From Sphaerodactylus townsendi (Eukaryota), in the NCBI RefSeq assembly GCF_021028975.2, contig NC_059431.1, positions 56,606,001 to 56,670,000 of the forward strand: a stretch of 64,000 nt of DNA, in the 5' to 3' direction. Shown in pieces: positions 37,873 to 51,834 of this stretch (the stretch's first letter is position 1; the number at the start of each line of letters is the position of its first letter). The position numbers and the translations under genes are program-made. Below the pieces are notes generated by a model. The model was not told the DNA's origin, ran no database searches, and worked only from the letters and a program-made list of their open reading frames with translations.

Positions 37873-38464
37873 ATACTATTCTGTTAAGAAACTAGAGCAA
37901 CCTAGAGAGACAATGAATTGGGAAAGTTAAATCAATACTACAGAGGGATACTGGAGATGGTGTTGGTAGAATGAAGGCCTGATTCACTAAAATGGATGCA
38001 TAAAGTAAAAAATGGCATGGAGAAACCATCCACCAGTGCTCCTACAAGTGCTTCTGACTTCCTGACTGAACAGGTGACATGCATATCTAATTATGTTGGA
38101 TAGATTAAATGATTATGCATGAAAGGTCAATTGGACAGGCATTTCACTTTTTATCAACTGTTTTGTAAATTATTATAGGATTTATTTGGCTGTGCTCATG
38201 CCAAATAATTCAGAGACTGAATAAAGAAAGGGTATGTACAATGATAGTTATTGTCTTCTGTTCACTTATTTATTCTTAATAAGCCAAAAACATCATTCAA
38301 AAATAACTTGAAATATATACTTTCCTTCTCATGCTAAACTGACTCTTTTTGCATGATTGTAATGACAGTCAAAAAGAGATAAATTATTGCCTAACAAAAG
38401 GAAATTAATCTTATTTTATTAGGCATTTTGAGCAAACTCATGAAAAGTTGGAATGTTTATGATG

Positions 38465-39443
38465 CAGTGATGTAGCTATAGATTTTTTATGGGGGGGTTG
38501 AGGGTGGAGCCCCACCCCCACCATCCCCTGGGGGCCTGGCCACACTTTCCCAAGCCCTGCCCCCAGCCTCAGTGCTTGTAAAAGAAGCTCTCCGAGGCCA
38601 GGGATGGCAGACTCCCCTGCCCCGTCCCCCCACCAGCTGGGCTCCCAGCCAGCAGAAAGTAGTCCCTTCTGCCCTCCCCTCTGGGCAGAGGCATAGCTAG
38701 GGAAAATGGAGCCTGGTGCGCCCTCACCCCATGGACAGCCGCTGTGATGCTGGAATCCACCTCAAAACAGCATCACTTTCAATGGTGTTTAAACTAGGGA
38801 GTCCAGATTCTCCTTTTAAATCCACCTTAAAGGGAGAATCTGGGGTCCCTAGTTAAAACAACGTTGAAAGTGATGCTGTTTTGGGGTAGATTATTCCCCA
38901 CCCTGAAACAGCATCATTTTCAATGTTTAAACTGAGGACCTCAGATTCTCCCTTTAAATCCATGCCGAAGGGGGTGGATTTAAAAGGAGAATCTGAGGAA
39001 ATTGGGGGGGGGGTGGAGGGTGCCTGCTGTCAGGGGTGCAATTGTTAAGCTAGCAGCACCAAACTTTCAGGATATCTCCTGATGATGCCACCCAGGTTTG
39101 GTGAAGCTTGGTTTGGGGGTCCAAAGTTATGGACCCTCAAAGGTGTAGTCCCCATCTTCTATTCGCTCCCATTGGAAACAATGGAGGATGGGGCACCCCC
39201 TTTGGGAGTCCATAACTTTGGACCCCCTGAACCAAACCGCACCAAACCTGGTTGTTGTCATCAGAAGAGACTACTGAAAAATCTCTGAAATTTTGGTGCT
39301 GCTAGCCTAAAAACTGCGCCCCCTGCATGCCAAAAACCAAAAAACACTAAAAATACCAAACCCCCCACAAACAGGGTGGATCTTCAGACATGTAATGGGG
39401 GGGGGGGGTTGAACCTGAGAACTCCCCCATACCTACATCCTTG
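38465..39443. mobile_element. Composite hAT-like element containing one copy of the palindromic module (39050-39310)
   Basis: Degenerate ends cagtgatgtagctat / atacctacatccttg; a second internal terminus cagaggcatagctaggg at 38686; internal inverted repeats. Confidence 0.55.
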
Positions 39444-41477
39444 CTTTCCAGTTCAGTATAAGCATTAGAAAAGATCTTACTCAGTGGCCATATGAGGATC
39501 TGACTTGGCAGAAATGCTGGTGTGATGTGACAGGGTGGAGAAGGAAATGTTTTCTGCAGTTCTCTCAAAACTGGAAAGGAAGCACCTAGAAGCCCTGCTT
39601 ACACCTTATAATGAAGGCAGATACATTTGTTTGTAGGAAAGAACCAATGTGTATTCAGTTTACAAATGAAACAAGGATAAATATGCAGTTCCATCACACA
39701 TTCAGCTGTGTATGTAATGTTAAAAATTATTCAACACATGTGTAAAAAGAAATTAAGTTTACACTCTAAATGGGTTGTATGTGCATTCACTGTAACATGT
39801 GAATAAGGCTAATGTGCCCTTTGTTGCTAATGGTTGATTAGATGTATTGTGACTGCCTGACAATAAAAGCCAGTGTGGTGTTGAGGCAAAAGTTTCAACA
39901 TAAGGCAGGGGACTCCTAGGTTAAGATCCAGTTCTGGCATGTTCACTACGCAATTCCTGTCTCTCAACTTGGGGTTGCTCAGAGGACAAGGATTTACTGC
40001 CTGATAAGGTAATAAAAATAAATCTAAAGAAGAATTATTTTGCCCATTGTCCCTTAAGAAGTCATGATCCTAATGCACACCCTTTTCAAGGCACTTCATT
40101 TAAAAGAAGGCAATTTGCAGCAGTCAACTCTACAATATGGATCATTTAAAGGAATATTTGCCAGACCATGAAAACCAATATTTATTACACATAGTTTTGG
40201 GATCAAATGGACAGTTGCTTTTATACCATGGTCTATTTTTATTGGCATGTTTTAGTTTAACTTGTTTTAGTTTTTTAAATTTTATTGGCTTGACTTGTTT
40301 TATCAACATTTTTATAGGTGCATTTAAAAAAACTTATTGTATTGCTTCAGTTGGCTTTGTTTTGTCATTTTAATTATTATACCCATTGGCCAGGTTTGGA
40401 GAGATGACGTACACATTTTCCAAACAAATAAATAATAAGCTAATATATTATTAAAGATACATGATCACAACCTCCCATTTCCTTTTCAAGACCCATGGCT
40501 GCTCTGACAGTGTTTCAGTTTGGAAATATAAAACAAAAAAACTCTTTTTCACTATATACTGAACAGATGCTTGATATTAAAAGGACACACTGTCCCTCAT
40601 GCAAAGCAAAAGTCATGCATCTCACCACAGGTCTTCCTGTGTTTTTATCACTATACTTGCAAACAAATGTCATTTGCAAATTTTACAATCTTTTATGGAA
40701 ACAAGGCTTTTTAAAGAAACTTGTTTGTTTACTGTTATTGCTATGGCATAATCATTTGTATTTTATTGAGAGAACGGTATTTGATTTCACCATGTATGTG
40801 TAAATTATGAATACTAAATTCTATAGGATTGTCCCATTTCTGCTACACAGTAAAGATGGAACTAGAATTTAAAGACCAAGATATATGAGATTTTTAAAAA
40901 ATGATTCTGATCAGAGTTTCCCAGACTTGATTAGCTTTCATTGCCGACAAGGAACAGCTATGAGGCCATATTTATCTTGGGGCTATGGTGCAGGGGGAAG
41001 GCAAGATCTAACTGTCTAACTGTGAGGAAAGTGAGTTGAGGTTCCTCATAGCGGACTCATTTTAAAATCTCATGTAGTTTGCCCTTAAAGAGAAAGTACA
41101 GGGCTCGCACAGGTGTGCTCCCTCACATACTGTGCTAATTCTCTCTTGCGAATACCAATCAAAGCTGTTTTCCCCTAGCTAGGCTGACTTCAGATTTCAG
41201 AGTGGCAAGTGAAAAAACAGTTGTGCATATATGGGGGTATTTGTAATAGAGAATCGCTGGATGGATGAAGGGTAATGCACCTCCTTCTGTTTTAAGATCA
41301 CCATCCCTTCTTTCATGTTGTTTTAGTAAACATGGGTTGGGACCACACATTTTCTAACTGAACATCTAGTTTCGCCTAGGCCATATAATTCAGCCTTCAG
41401 TAGTCCATATGCAGAATGTTGAAGGAGCAGGATCATGACAGTTGGCCGTGCCCTTGCCTTATACGCATATCCATCAT

Positions 41478-41678
41478 ACAGTTGCCAACCTCCAGGTGGG
41501 GCTTGCACATCTCCCAGAATTACAAATGATCTCCAGATGACAGGGATCAGTTCCCCTGGAGAAAAAGGCTGCTTTGGAGGGTGGACTCCATGGCATCATA
41601 CACTACTGAGGTCCCTGCCCAAGCACCAGGCTCCACCCCACATCTTCAGGAACTTCTGATCTGGAGTTTGCAGCCTTT
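41478..41678. mobile_element. Old TAGGGTTGCCA-terminus (hAT/Tip100-like) MITE; related decayed copies at ~12360-12555, ~28608-28755 and ~46549-46914
   Basis: gttgccaacctccaggtgg...ctcccagaattaca...ggagtttgcagcc; the other copies share the gatctccag and tggcagcccta motifs. Confidence 0.55.
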
Positions 41679-42841
41679 ACTCATAATAATTTGTGAAAGA
41701 GGGAATTGTATGTATGTAGGCCCTATACATGTGCTTAAAGATCTAGCCTTCTGTAAGATTCCCAGTTGTCTGCAAATAGTTCTTAGGATCTTTCACAGTT
41801 ATTATGAGCACATGCAAAATGCAGGACTGGGTTAGCAAGCATGATCCTGCTCCTCCTATGAATGTATTTATTATTTATTTAATATTTACCCAGCCCTTTC
41901 CCCAATGAATCAGGAATGAAGAATGTGTGCAGTCCATAATGTGTACAGTTTATATTCCTATTAATCCACATCTACTTGATACAAATCTGACCACCATGGC
42001 TCCAATCTTATCTCGCAGAGAGTTGAGGGAATATAATGGAAAAGGTGGATGATTAAGGAATGTTTTTCTACAACAGGAAGACTTTCAGTTTTGTGACTTC
42101 TTTCTGCACAGAGGATTGAAATAGAATAGAAGGGGCAGCAAAATTCTGTCATCAGGTGCCTGAAAATGGCTCTATAATCAAAATGTTTCTCCTTCACCTT
42201 AACTACAATGAATTCAGTGGGACTTGCTTCCAAGTCAATGGCCAACTGAGGGGTTATAAACTAGATCCATCCCTCAAAGCAATTTTATTCCTGCCCCCTC
42301 CAAACTTGAACCTCCAAATTTAGTTAGATATATCCTAACAATAACAACAACAGAAATATTTCTCTATAATTTCATTTGTAAAGAAAAGAAAAATGTTTGC
42401 TATGGTTATAAAGATATTTATATGCAGTGTACAAATGGACCTATCCATGTCATTTGCAGCTTTGTACATGTGAAGTCTTTAATGGCAAACAGCATCAACT
42501 TTATTATATTAACTGAGTCCTGAATTGGTCAGTTTGTGCACCAAAATGATATCAGGTCTCCAGATCACTGTATTCTCATTCCTTCCCTAGATTCTTTTCT
42601 TTAAAAGCTGCCTGCATATTTCAAACATGTAAATATAGAAGGTATTTGGCTCTATCATAAATTCTCAAAGGGAAGTGTCCTTTTAGAAAAAGTGACAAAA
42701 AGAACTGCACTTCAGGGAAGAGAATAATGAATTTAGTGAACCAGGCCCCAGAATGAAAATGATTCAATCTATTTTGCAACTGAATCTATCAGTTAATACA
42801 AGGTTTTGAGGAAGAATTTTGAAAGAAATCCAAACACTGAC

Positions 42842-42892
42842 CATACACTGGAGTGAAAGACATTTCATGATCTGATGAAATAGTTGAAATGT
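42842..42892 (-). CDS. SEMA6A: SEMA6A alternative 51-nt cassette exon (phase 1-1): DISTISSDHEMSFTPVY
   Basis: Acceptor ttttctttttcatag|, donor G|gtcagt. Resembles the 17-aa insert (DISTPLPDNEMSYNTVY) I recall from the long mammalian isoform. Confidence 0.88.
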
Positions 42893-43030
42893 CTATGAAA
42901 AAGAAAATCAGGGCACAACATTAAAACAATAAAAAACATGGAAGAATTTGACAAGACTGTGAAACACGATTCTTCCAAAATTGACCTGAACAGACAAGCA
43001 TTACAATGACACGACTAACAACTTCCTTAC

Positions 43031-43051
43031 CATTCAGGGCTACGAACGAAT
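43031..43051 (-). CDS. SEMA6A: SEMA6A 21-nt microexon (phase 1-1): NSFVALN
   Basis: Long pyrimidine tract ending tttttttcag|, donor G|gtaagg. Encodes the NSFVALN peptide I recall from mammalian SEMA6A. Confidence 0.93.
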
Positions 43052-46000
43052 CTGAAAAAAAAAGAGAAAGGAGGGGAGGGGAAAATAATTATTTCTAACA
43101 TTGCTCTAAGTTCTGTATCCACAAAACCTTGTGCATATCCTTGCTTCTGTTCATACAGTGGCAGTGTTAGATTAGGATTATAATATCTGTTGCATCTTCT
43201 CTTAAATAAACCTTTAAAGAGGATACAGAGGTAGGAGGGAGGCACAAGATCCAAGCCAGTGCTTCCAGTCACGAATGTCTCTGAATAATTGAAGTTGAAT
43301 GAAAGAGAAAAGTATCAACTGACTCGATAAACCACAAAAGTGAATCATAAAAGAATAGAGCGGGATCACAAGGCTGGCCAAGAATATAAACAGGGTTGTA
43401 TCAATTTTTTGGTCAACGTCAATGGGCCACATAGGCCTTCAGAACAAATTTCACATATGATTAATAACTAGCTCTGTGCATAGGGATTAATTTTGCTCAC
43501 TATGTAGAATTGATGGCTTTAATATTTCCTTTAGGCTGTAGGTAAACTAAGTCTGTAACTTGGTTAGCACAGATAACTCATTTGAGTAAGCATAACAAAA
43601 TAGGATCCTGCAGTATGTGGGAAGATAGCTATCTTCAACATGATTAACTGTTGAACAGCTACTTGTCAAAAACAGTTCTTTTACACAAAGAACATACTTA
43701 TTTTAATAAATGAGGCCATGGCCTTTGGTAGTATCATGTCTCACATTCAGTTTGGGCGGAATTCGTAATAAAAAAGAATTAAATCTGATGTGAAATCATT
43801 GCTCAAACTTATGTGCTGATGAGAGTGAGGAATGCGATGAAAGATGTTATGGACTCTACTCCCAAAATATAATATTGAGAACAACTCTGAAAACCAATCA
43901 GTTATCAAATTCCTGTTATGGAACGCATTCCAGCCTGTTATAGATGGTAGAATAAAAGTCACGTTGGTAAAGAGAGGCAGGATCAAACTTCGATACAGCA
44001 AAAGTCATCTTTTGTTCTGAACTGCAGCAATGAACCACCTCAATGCATGTGAGTAAGTCTTTCCAAACTTTTCCAATGGCCCAGTCCAAAGCCTATGTCC
44101 ACTCCACCAGTTTGACGGACACCTCCGCCAGCGGAGACAGCAAGGATGCTGATGTCCAGCTTCCCCAAAGCTCCATGGTGAAACCCAGAAGAGGAGTAGG
44201 GGTTGCTGCAATTGGATGCCAATGTGAAGGGGACAGGCTGGGGCATTTCTGGGGGTGGAGCCGATTGTAGTCAGCTGCCACCTAGGCTTTGGTGCCAGAA
44301 ATGTTGCGGCATTTTTTTGGGGGGTGGGGTGGGGTGTGTGACATAACTCCATTTCAGGCAATGGAGGGCTTTTCAGGCAACTGGGGAATTTTTTTCCCCT
44401 GACTCCCAGCACTGCCTCAAAGCCCTCTGGAAGTGGCACAGCTGTACAGCAGCGGTATCGTCCCTGGCCACCAAAGCCATTTGCTCTAGAACAAGCTGAT
44501 GTAGAAGAGAGTTAGACTGATGTAAAGCAAGTAAGTAAAATGGACTTCAATTATAAACTAAATGGCATATTTAAAAATTGCTGGTGTTATGGGCAGTGAA
44601 GTTAAGTTTCTCAGAGGGTCAGTATATGCTAATTCCAAAACTTTACCTCTTGTATTTCATTCATTGCAAACAGTATAAGTAAGACTGTGATTGTTGGGGC
44701 TATTTTACAAAGCTTAAAACAATATTAAGCTGACATGTTTTATGTTTTAATTCACTCAAAACACCATAATCTCAGAGTATTTTGAACTCCATGATATAGC
44801 TTCATTAAATTTATTATGTAGTAAGTAATGATTTCCCAAAGTTTTGGAAAACCATTCAGAAGTCTTCATCTTCACTGAAATAGCTGGTATCTTCAAGGTA
44901 CTCCCCGGAGTGTTCCTACTGACTTCAGTAGAGCTACCTGTACAACCACAATGGTTTAACTATTCAACAGTTAACAGCTTAGCAGCTCCGAAATAATTTA
45001 TTCTTACTTATAAGTGGAATTTGCTTCTAGGTTTATATGTTCAGGGTTTACATCTAAGGTTTCACCCTTAAGAAAGGTCCCTGAATGCAGTGAAATGTAC
45101 TTCATAGTACATGTGCTTAGGATCAGACCAGAAGTGTTTTCTAACGCATTCCAGCCATCTTTGTTTTGCCTGTTTAATCATGCGCTGTCTGGCCTCCCTG
45201 ACATCTTCTAACCAATTAAAATAAATTAAACTTATGAAGATAAAGATATTTAAGACAAGCTGAAGATGCACCTTGAATTATCCTTAAGCACTACTGAAGG
45301 AATTAAAATATGGCTGTTCCGTGTCAAGACCTAGCACAGAGGCAGTAATTTAAATGACTTCTGGCATATGAGCTTCTCAATGTTTCTCCTGAGGTTAACA
45401 AAGAGAGGCTGGTTTTTAAGAATTAGGAATGATGGTTACTTCTACAGTGCAGCTCCCAGGTTTTAAAATTAGATAATTGGTCATGGGTGTGTTTTTCATC
45501 TCAAGAGGTAGATTTGATGCTCAGTACCACTTCAGGCTGCAAGTGGGGAATTGCTTATTTGAATGTTCATTTGCCCAACCCTCCCTCCCTCCCCATTGCT
45601 TCTTTGCTGTCACAGAAAGAAGATTCTGATTTGTGTTCTTGGTGGCATGTTACTTTTCTGCATGCAGGGCTTTTTCTAATGATAAAAGAAGCTTTTATGC
45701 TTATCAACCTCCATTGCTGTCTAAAGTCTCCTAAGACCTTATCAACCAGGCCTGCATTCCCATCTCCCAAAGTGGTTCTGTTTAAAAATGCTACTGGAAC
45801 ATTATTACACATATTAGTATTCAAACTGTTGTTAGTATCTTAAGCTTTATGTGACTGGTCGACGCATTATTTGTCATGCTGTTTGTCATGCACTATTGCA
45901 ATTGTATTAAAAGGCCTTTTCAAGCTTCATAAGAACAAATGACTTTGGGATAGGCACAATGAAAAACACTTCTGGCCTAGTATCCAATCACATTCTAAAT

Positions 46001-47500
46001 ATAAATGTACCTAACTGACTCGAAGTCTAATATGTTGTGTTGAGGTGATAGTAGCACCAAGATGTCTTATGCATCATGTATAAATTATACATGATTCCTC
46101 TATTTCCTGTCCTTTCTAGATTGTTTCACCTGGATCAATCCGTTCTACATCAATGTAATGGCTTAAACAACCTATAGAAAGCTAAAATGCTCCTTGCTCT
46201 CCTGTCTTATTTCCTTTATACCTGTTGGCTGGCAGAATTATGCCTAGTTAGATACAGTTTAGCACACCTGGAACCAAACCTGGTTTTCTTGGGTTGTGGT
46301 TATTTCCCTAAGCAGATATGTAATCTAAACCAAACATAGTCATATGTAAAGCAAACACATATTTGTTTAAACTGACTTTGTACAAATGTACATTTGCATT
46401 TAAAGTTTCTAGCATGATTCTGACTCACTGCTTCCTCATGGGTTGAGCTGAATGTTTGGAAGTGAATATTTTCATCGTGAAAAAGGCCCATTGAATGGGA
46501 ACAAAATGTAAGAACCCCAAAACTATAATTATATGTCCCATTTCACAACTAGGGCTGTCAAGTACTTCCTTGGAATTGTGTGAGGGAGGGGAGTGGATAA
46601 GTAAAGTCTCACCAGTCTTAAAATGAAGCCTCGGCCTCGATATCACCAGCACAATGATGTAACTTCTGGAAGGTAGAGGTTCTGATATTTGGGCAAAAAC
46701 TTAATGGCAGAAGCTGTTTTTACCAAAGAATTTTGCCCGAATACTAACTAGTGTGTCTCCCTCATTGTTGATGACGTGATGACATCACACTGGCAATGTT
46801 GATGACTAGGCCTCATGTTAAGCCTGTAAAGACTCCCCTCCCCCCGCCCCCCAGAGGGGTAGCGCTGGGGAAGGAGCCCCAAAGTGGGGGATCCCCTGCC
46901 CTATTCATAGCCCTAATTGACTGCAGTATCCTACTTTGTTTGCAAATAGCAATTTTTCTTCCTACTAATGCTAATGTCATTTAGGCGAGTCCACTTATTG
47001 ACATGTTTAAAAACGGCTCTGATCAGGACTGCAAAGAGCTCTCTCTGTGCTGCCTGATTATTAGGCATTGGGAATAAACTATAGTACACATAAGGTATAT
47101 GATTCCACTATCCAGATACCTCTCTCCTTGAAAAAAAATAACAGAATTCAATCTTTCTGGTTAGTTTAGCTCAGCTCTACTCCCTAAATCAGAGATAGCA
47201 CAAGTTATAAAAAATACTATTAGCTGAGTTCTGATGCATAACCTAGGAGTGATCTATAATTAATCTCCATCAGAACTAGATTTTAATTCCAACCTAATTG
47301 CCATTTAAATGGGTAATATTTTTATACCACCTGTTTCCTTGAATGTTTTTTTTCTATCTTTTTAAAGGTCTGTTGTTCTAAGTGCTGTTACTACTATTAT
47401 TATGACTATCTTTGATGAACTTGAGCTAGTGGCATTTATGCAGTTACAGAAATTGTCTAGTATAAGATACATTAAAAAAGTAAAAACATGTTTTACTTAC

Positions 47501-47559
47501 TTTGACAGTCACCCAGTCCATCTGTATTGCCATGTTCTATGTCCTGCTCAAACTCCAGG
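47501..47559 (-). CDS. SEMA6A: SEMA6A internal exon (59 nt, phase 2-1): LEFEQDIEHGNTDGLGDCQ
   Basis: Acceptor tttctgttgcgtag|C, donor A|gtaagt. Matches the SEMA6A FEQDIERGNTDGLGDC segment. Confidence 0.96.
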
Positions 47560-48722
47560 CTACGCAACAGAAAGAAACATAATGGTGTAAATTATAGTAA
47601 TCATGGGCCTCCCTGCATACAAGTCATAGAACTGAATAGTGAAAAGATAAGACAGAGACCAGTTATTCTTCTAAAACTTGCAAAGTGTACGTATAAAATA
47701 ATCTGAGTTGCTTTTCTCTCTAGGTGTTTTTTGAGGGGATAACCATACTTTGCAAACATTTCCTTGTAATAACTACCATCCTCAACTAGATACATGAAAC
47801 GTTTAAAAGGCATGAAATCATCCAGTTAACATTCCTCACATAGGGTTTTCAGATGACATTGAAAATTGCTGATGTTAACAAGCACAGCCCAGGACCTATT
47901 CTCAGATTCACAACAACATGTACAGTTAATGCTCAGTAGGGCAGTGAGTTTGGGTGTCTGGCTGCCACTGCCAGTATGACATAATGCTTAAGTATGATTT
48001 AACAAAAACACATTTTGATGTACAATGGCTGAAAATGTATTTTTGCACTAAAAAACTGGAAGGTTTTTGACTATTTTGCACTAAAAAACGAAGGTTTGGA
48101 GCTCATTCTATGGTGTATTAAGAATAATTATTAGATAATCAAATACAGGGGTAGGTATGCCTTGATAAATCTGGAACAAATTTAGCCATCTGTCCATGAG
48201 GAAACCTTGTGGTATAAATGAATTCACATGCTTCTGAACTAGTCGGGAATAGTTACATTATGAATTGACAGAGCACTAGCTTCCCAACAGCAATGCAGTA
48301 GTGAGGAAAAATTATATAATCTGCAGTTGTGGAATTTTTACGGTAAGCTTCTTAACTTTGGAGTTTGAAAGATGCTCCCTTACCAAGGTGGAAAGACCAA
48401 TAACAATTATGTATTTAACGAATGCCTATAAAGAAGGAATAATGTGGGCAGAAAAATGTAAAGAAGAAGATAAATAAAATCAGCACTTGAACCAGCCAAA
48501 CGAACATGTAAGAACTGGTAAGATGAAAGTAATGGTTGGTGGGGGTGGAAGTGCATGCTCAGTGTGGACAGACAGGGAGGTCCTAAGGTGGGGTACCAGT
48601 TACAGAGCAACATGAAATGTGTTTATATAGTTTTCAGCCTTAAAATATTGCTACAACATAATGTAATTCCATACTTACGATTATCACTTTCTGATTCCCC
48701 TTTAAATTGCTATGTTTTAAAT

Positions 48723-49103
48723 TGGAGGCGGGATTCAACCGGTTCACAATGGTACGGCAGAACTGGTAGCTAACCACCTGGAATCCCACCACCACAGGGG
48801 AGGGGGAGCGAGGGGGCTTTTAAGCTGACATGCTGGAGAATGCCAGGCTACGCAGCCGGCCCCCAGGTGCATGGCCCACTCTGAGGTGAAAGAAGCCAGC
48901 CCTAGGCACGCGGTCCTCTCTGGTGAAAGAAGTCTGGCCTGCAGGCGCTGCCTTCCCTCATCTCCCTCCCAGCCCAACATCAGAAAGGGGGGGGGACACA
49001 GCAGCCAGTTAAGTGGGTGGCAAGGGGTGTGTGGCGGGGGAGGGCGTGCAGTGGAGTGGGGGGGGGGGGACCCGGTGGTTGAAGCTTTAGAATCCCACCA
49101 GTG
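48723..49103. mobile_element. Longer, older hAT MITE with the same terminal motif
   Basis: Degenerate TIRs (ggcgggattca / gaatcccaccagtg); TSD ttttaaat/ttttcaat. Confidence 0.65.
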
Positions 49104-49320
49104 TTTTCAATGGACAGCAGCTTTTGTAATTTTTAAAAGAAATTTAATCAGCCACAAGAATAGCAGAGCAAACTGGTTCAGACCCTTTAATCCAGTTCTA
49201 GTGTACACCTAGTTCTTATTTGTTTCTCATGTGTAACAGTAGCATACTTTAGTTGACAATGCCCTGGAGGTTGACCTGGTAAACGTGCCTACAAATTCCT
49301 GTTTCGCCATGGTACTTGTA

Positions 49321-49711
49321 GGCTGTTTCTGCATGGCGGTGGAAACGCAGCTCCACCGTCATGAATTGTGCCGGTGGATGCTCGGAGGCTGTTCACACGC
49401 TATCGTGCGAGCGGCCCCGACTTGCTACCCTGCCGGAGAGGCGGCTCCACACAGAGCTGCCTCTGGGTTGGCCCCCTCCACTGACCTTCCTGTCCAGAGT
49501 CGCTCTGGAGGGCTGCAGGAACCTGCCCACGCTGCCCCCCGACCTCCAAGGGTCGTAGGGCAGCGTGGGCGGGTCTCTGCAGCCCTCCAGAGCGAGGCTG
49601 GACAGGAAGGTCAGTGGAGGCGACAAGAAAAGCGCCTCCTGTGCAACCAGCACCCTAGGGACGGTGTTTTTTCTGTCCCTAGGGCTGTTATTTGGCCATG
49701 CGGAAACAGCC
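49321..49711. mobile_element. PIF/Harbinger-type MITE
   Basis: TIR ggctgtttctgcatggc / gccatgcggaaacagcc; flanks gta/tta; internal inverted repeat 49478-49618. Confidence 0.8.
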
Positions 49712-49826
49712 TTAGGCAAGTCTTTAACAAATCAATTCTCTGAGTCTAACTGATAGTATTGATAGAAATGGGCAGACGCATACTGAACAATTTGTGTGTG
49801 TTATGTGCCACCATTATGAATTAATG

Positions 49827-49891
49827 GCCCTGACCTAGATGGCCCAGGCTAGCCTAATCTTGTCAGATCTCAGAAGATAAGCAGGGTTGGT

Positions 49892-49922
<31 letters not shown>

Positions 49923-50044
49923 GGAACATCAGGGGTGTTAAGCAGAAAAAGGCAGTATCAAACTATTTCTGTTAGTATCTTGTTTTGAAAACCCTATGGG
50001 TTGCAGTAAGTTGGCTGTGAACTGACAGCACTTTGTACACACAC
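49827..50044 (+). mobile_element. 5S rRNA-derived SINE (5S-Sauria-like)
   Basis: Head gatctcagaagataagcagggttggtcctggctagtacttggatgggagacc matches the 5S A-box/C-box region; non-5S tail. TSD atgaattaatg at 49816-49826 and 50045-50055. Confidence 0.85.
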
Positions 50045-51501
50045 ATGAATTAATGACCTCCAAAATATCCTGTCATTAACAACTTTGCTCAATTCTTGTA
50101 AACTGAGAACTGTAGCTTCCTTTATTATTCCTTTTATTTAGTGTAACTTCCTTTATTTCTCCATCTCAATCCCAATGTTGTACCTAATGCTTCAACTTTT
50201 TCCAGCATTACAGTCTTTTTCAGTGATTTTTATTTTCTCCTGATGTGACCAAAGAATGATATCTTTAGTTTAATCACCTTAGCTTCTAGAGAGTATTCAG
50301 GCTTGATTTGATCTGGAACCCACTTATTTGTCCTTCCAGTGGTCCTTGATATCTGTGAAACTCTAACCATATTGGAAATTTTGTAAAACTAATTGTACCC
50401 TGATTTGTCATTTTTCTCCATGATAAAAGCAGGTTTTAGATTGGGAAAATAACCTCCCCCACCCTGCAAAAAAGCTTTTATTTAAAGTCAAAGATGTTGG
50501 GAGACCTCCCATCTACTGGCGCAATGGGGGGGGGGGGCACAAGGATGCTGGAGCTTCAGGAGCCAATGGAGCGATCATGTTCTTTATCTATTTTCATCTC
50601 TCCATCTTTTTTTCTTTCACCTTTTCCCATTTCCCTTCCCCTTCTAGAACTGTAGATCCCATCTTTCCCAGAACATCATAATATTATTACCAATATTGTC
50701 AGATCTCAAGAGTACAAAATAAAGTTTATCCTGTACACACTATCTCAGCCCTCACAGGCTTTTCTTTTTCAATAATGGAGAAGAATTATGAGAACTGGCT
50801 CCTTTTTGGGGTGGGGGGTGGAGGAGAAGAATTATGACAGGGAGACGATCAATAATTTAAAACAATCCTTGAAGTTAAGATTTCTACTGCAGATATGGTT
50901 TTTCTTTTATGTCTATGCCGCATATGAATGGAGACACATGTATGTGCAGGTATTTTAGGGAACAGAGGGGTGTTGTTTTGATACAGCTATCTAAAAAATG
51001 ATGTTTGGGGGAGGGGCTCAATTTTAGTTCTTGCCCTGGGTGCCATTTTCTGTAAATATGCCCCCACTCCCACCCTCCATCCAATTACATCTTGATAATC
51101 AGTCTGTAAGTGACATCATTATGGCATGAGTTTCCATTCCCTGGAAGAAGCAGTTAATGATGCTGAACACACATGGGAAATGCACAATCTGATGACATCA
51201 CAACATAAGCTCAGTTATCTAAAGCATTAGTTGCAGAGTTGGAGAAATGGCACCCCCACTGTTTTAAGTGACACCCCTGTGTTGTATGTAATATGTACTT
51301 TTGGCCTTACTCAGAAAGAAATTTGCATAAAATAATACTGTGGAAACAGGATGAATGTCAATGAAAAACCTGACATTTATTTTCCTTATCTAAAGTGATA
51401 GTTTACTGACTGTTGGTTTTCACTATAGCTGTATCAAAAGGCATACTTGAGTAATCTATTTTAGAAAGCCCCAATATTCCCCAAAGCCAATGATAACTTA
51501 C

Positions 51502-51582
51502 CCATCTCCTGGCAAGAGCTGCATGCATGCTTCATTTTCCTTCATCCATCCACAATATGGATCTCTAGAAGCTATACAGGCC
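51502..51582 (-). CDS. SEMA6A: SEMA6A internal exon (81 nt, phase 2-2), PSI domain: ACIASRDPYCGWMKENEACMQLLPGD(G)
   Basis: Acceptor ctccttttaag|G, donor GG|gtaagt. Carries the PSI signature C-x3-RDPYCGW; 111-nt intron upstream. Confidence 0.97.
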
Positions 51583-51693
51583 CTTAAAAGAGGAGATGTA
51601 CATGGATCACACTAGAACTCTATGCTGTCAATATTTTGTTATGATTTTGAGAAACAGTTGACAATGAAAGAAAGGATGCAAAGAATAACCTAC

Positions 51694-51834
51694 TTCTTGC
51701 ACTTGCCATGACGTTCGCACCTTCCCAGGGGTATTCTTATTATACAGGTTGAGAATGCTACATAGAGGGCGCTGTTCTTCTTGTCTAGTTGCATGCCAAT
51801 AATTCGCTTGTCTTCTATCCCATCATAACTGCAC
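51694..51834 (-). CDS. SEMA6A: SEMA6A internal exon (141 nt, phase 2-2), end of Sema / start of PSI: CSYDGIEDKRIIGMQLDKKNSALYVAFSTCIIRIPLGRCERHGKCK(K)
   Basis: Acceptor ttttccaaccag|G, donor AA|gtaggt. Cysteine pattern matches SEMA6A. Confidence 0.97.

Noticed and set aside
49845-49940. 5S rRNA gene
   Set aside because: Divergent partial 5S head fused to a retroposon tail with a TSD, so it is a SINE.
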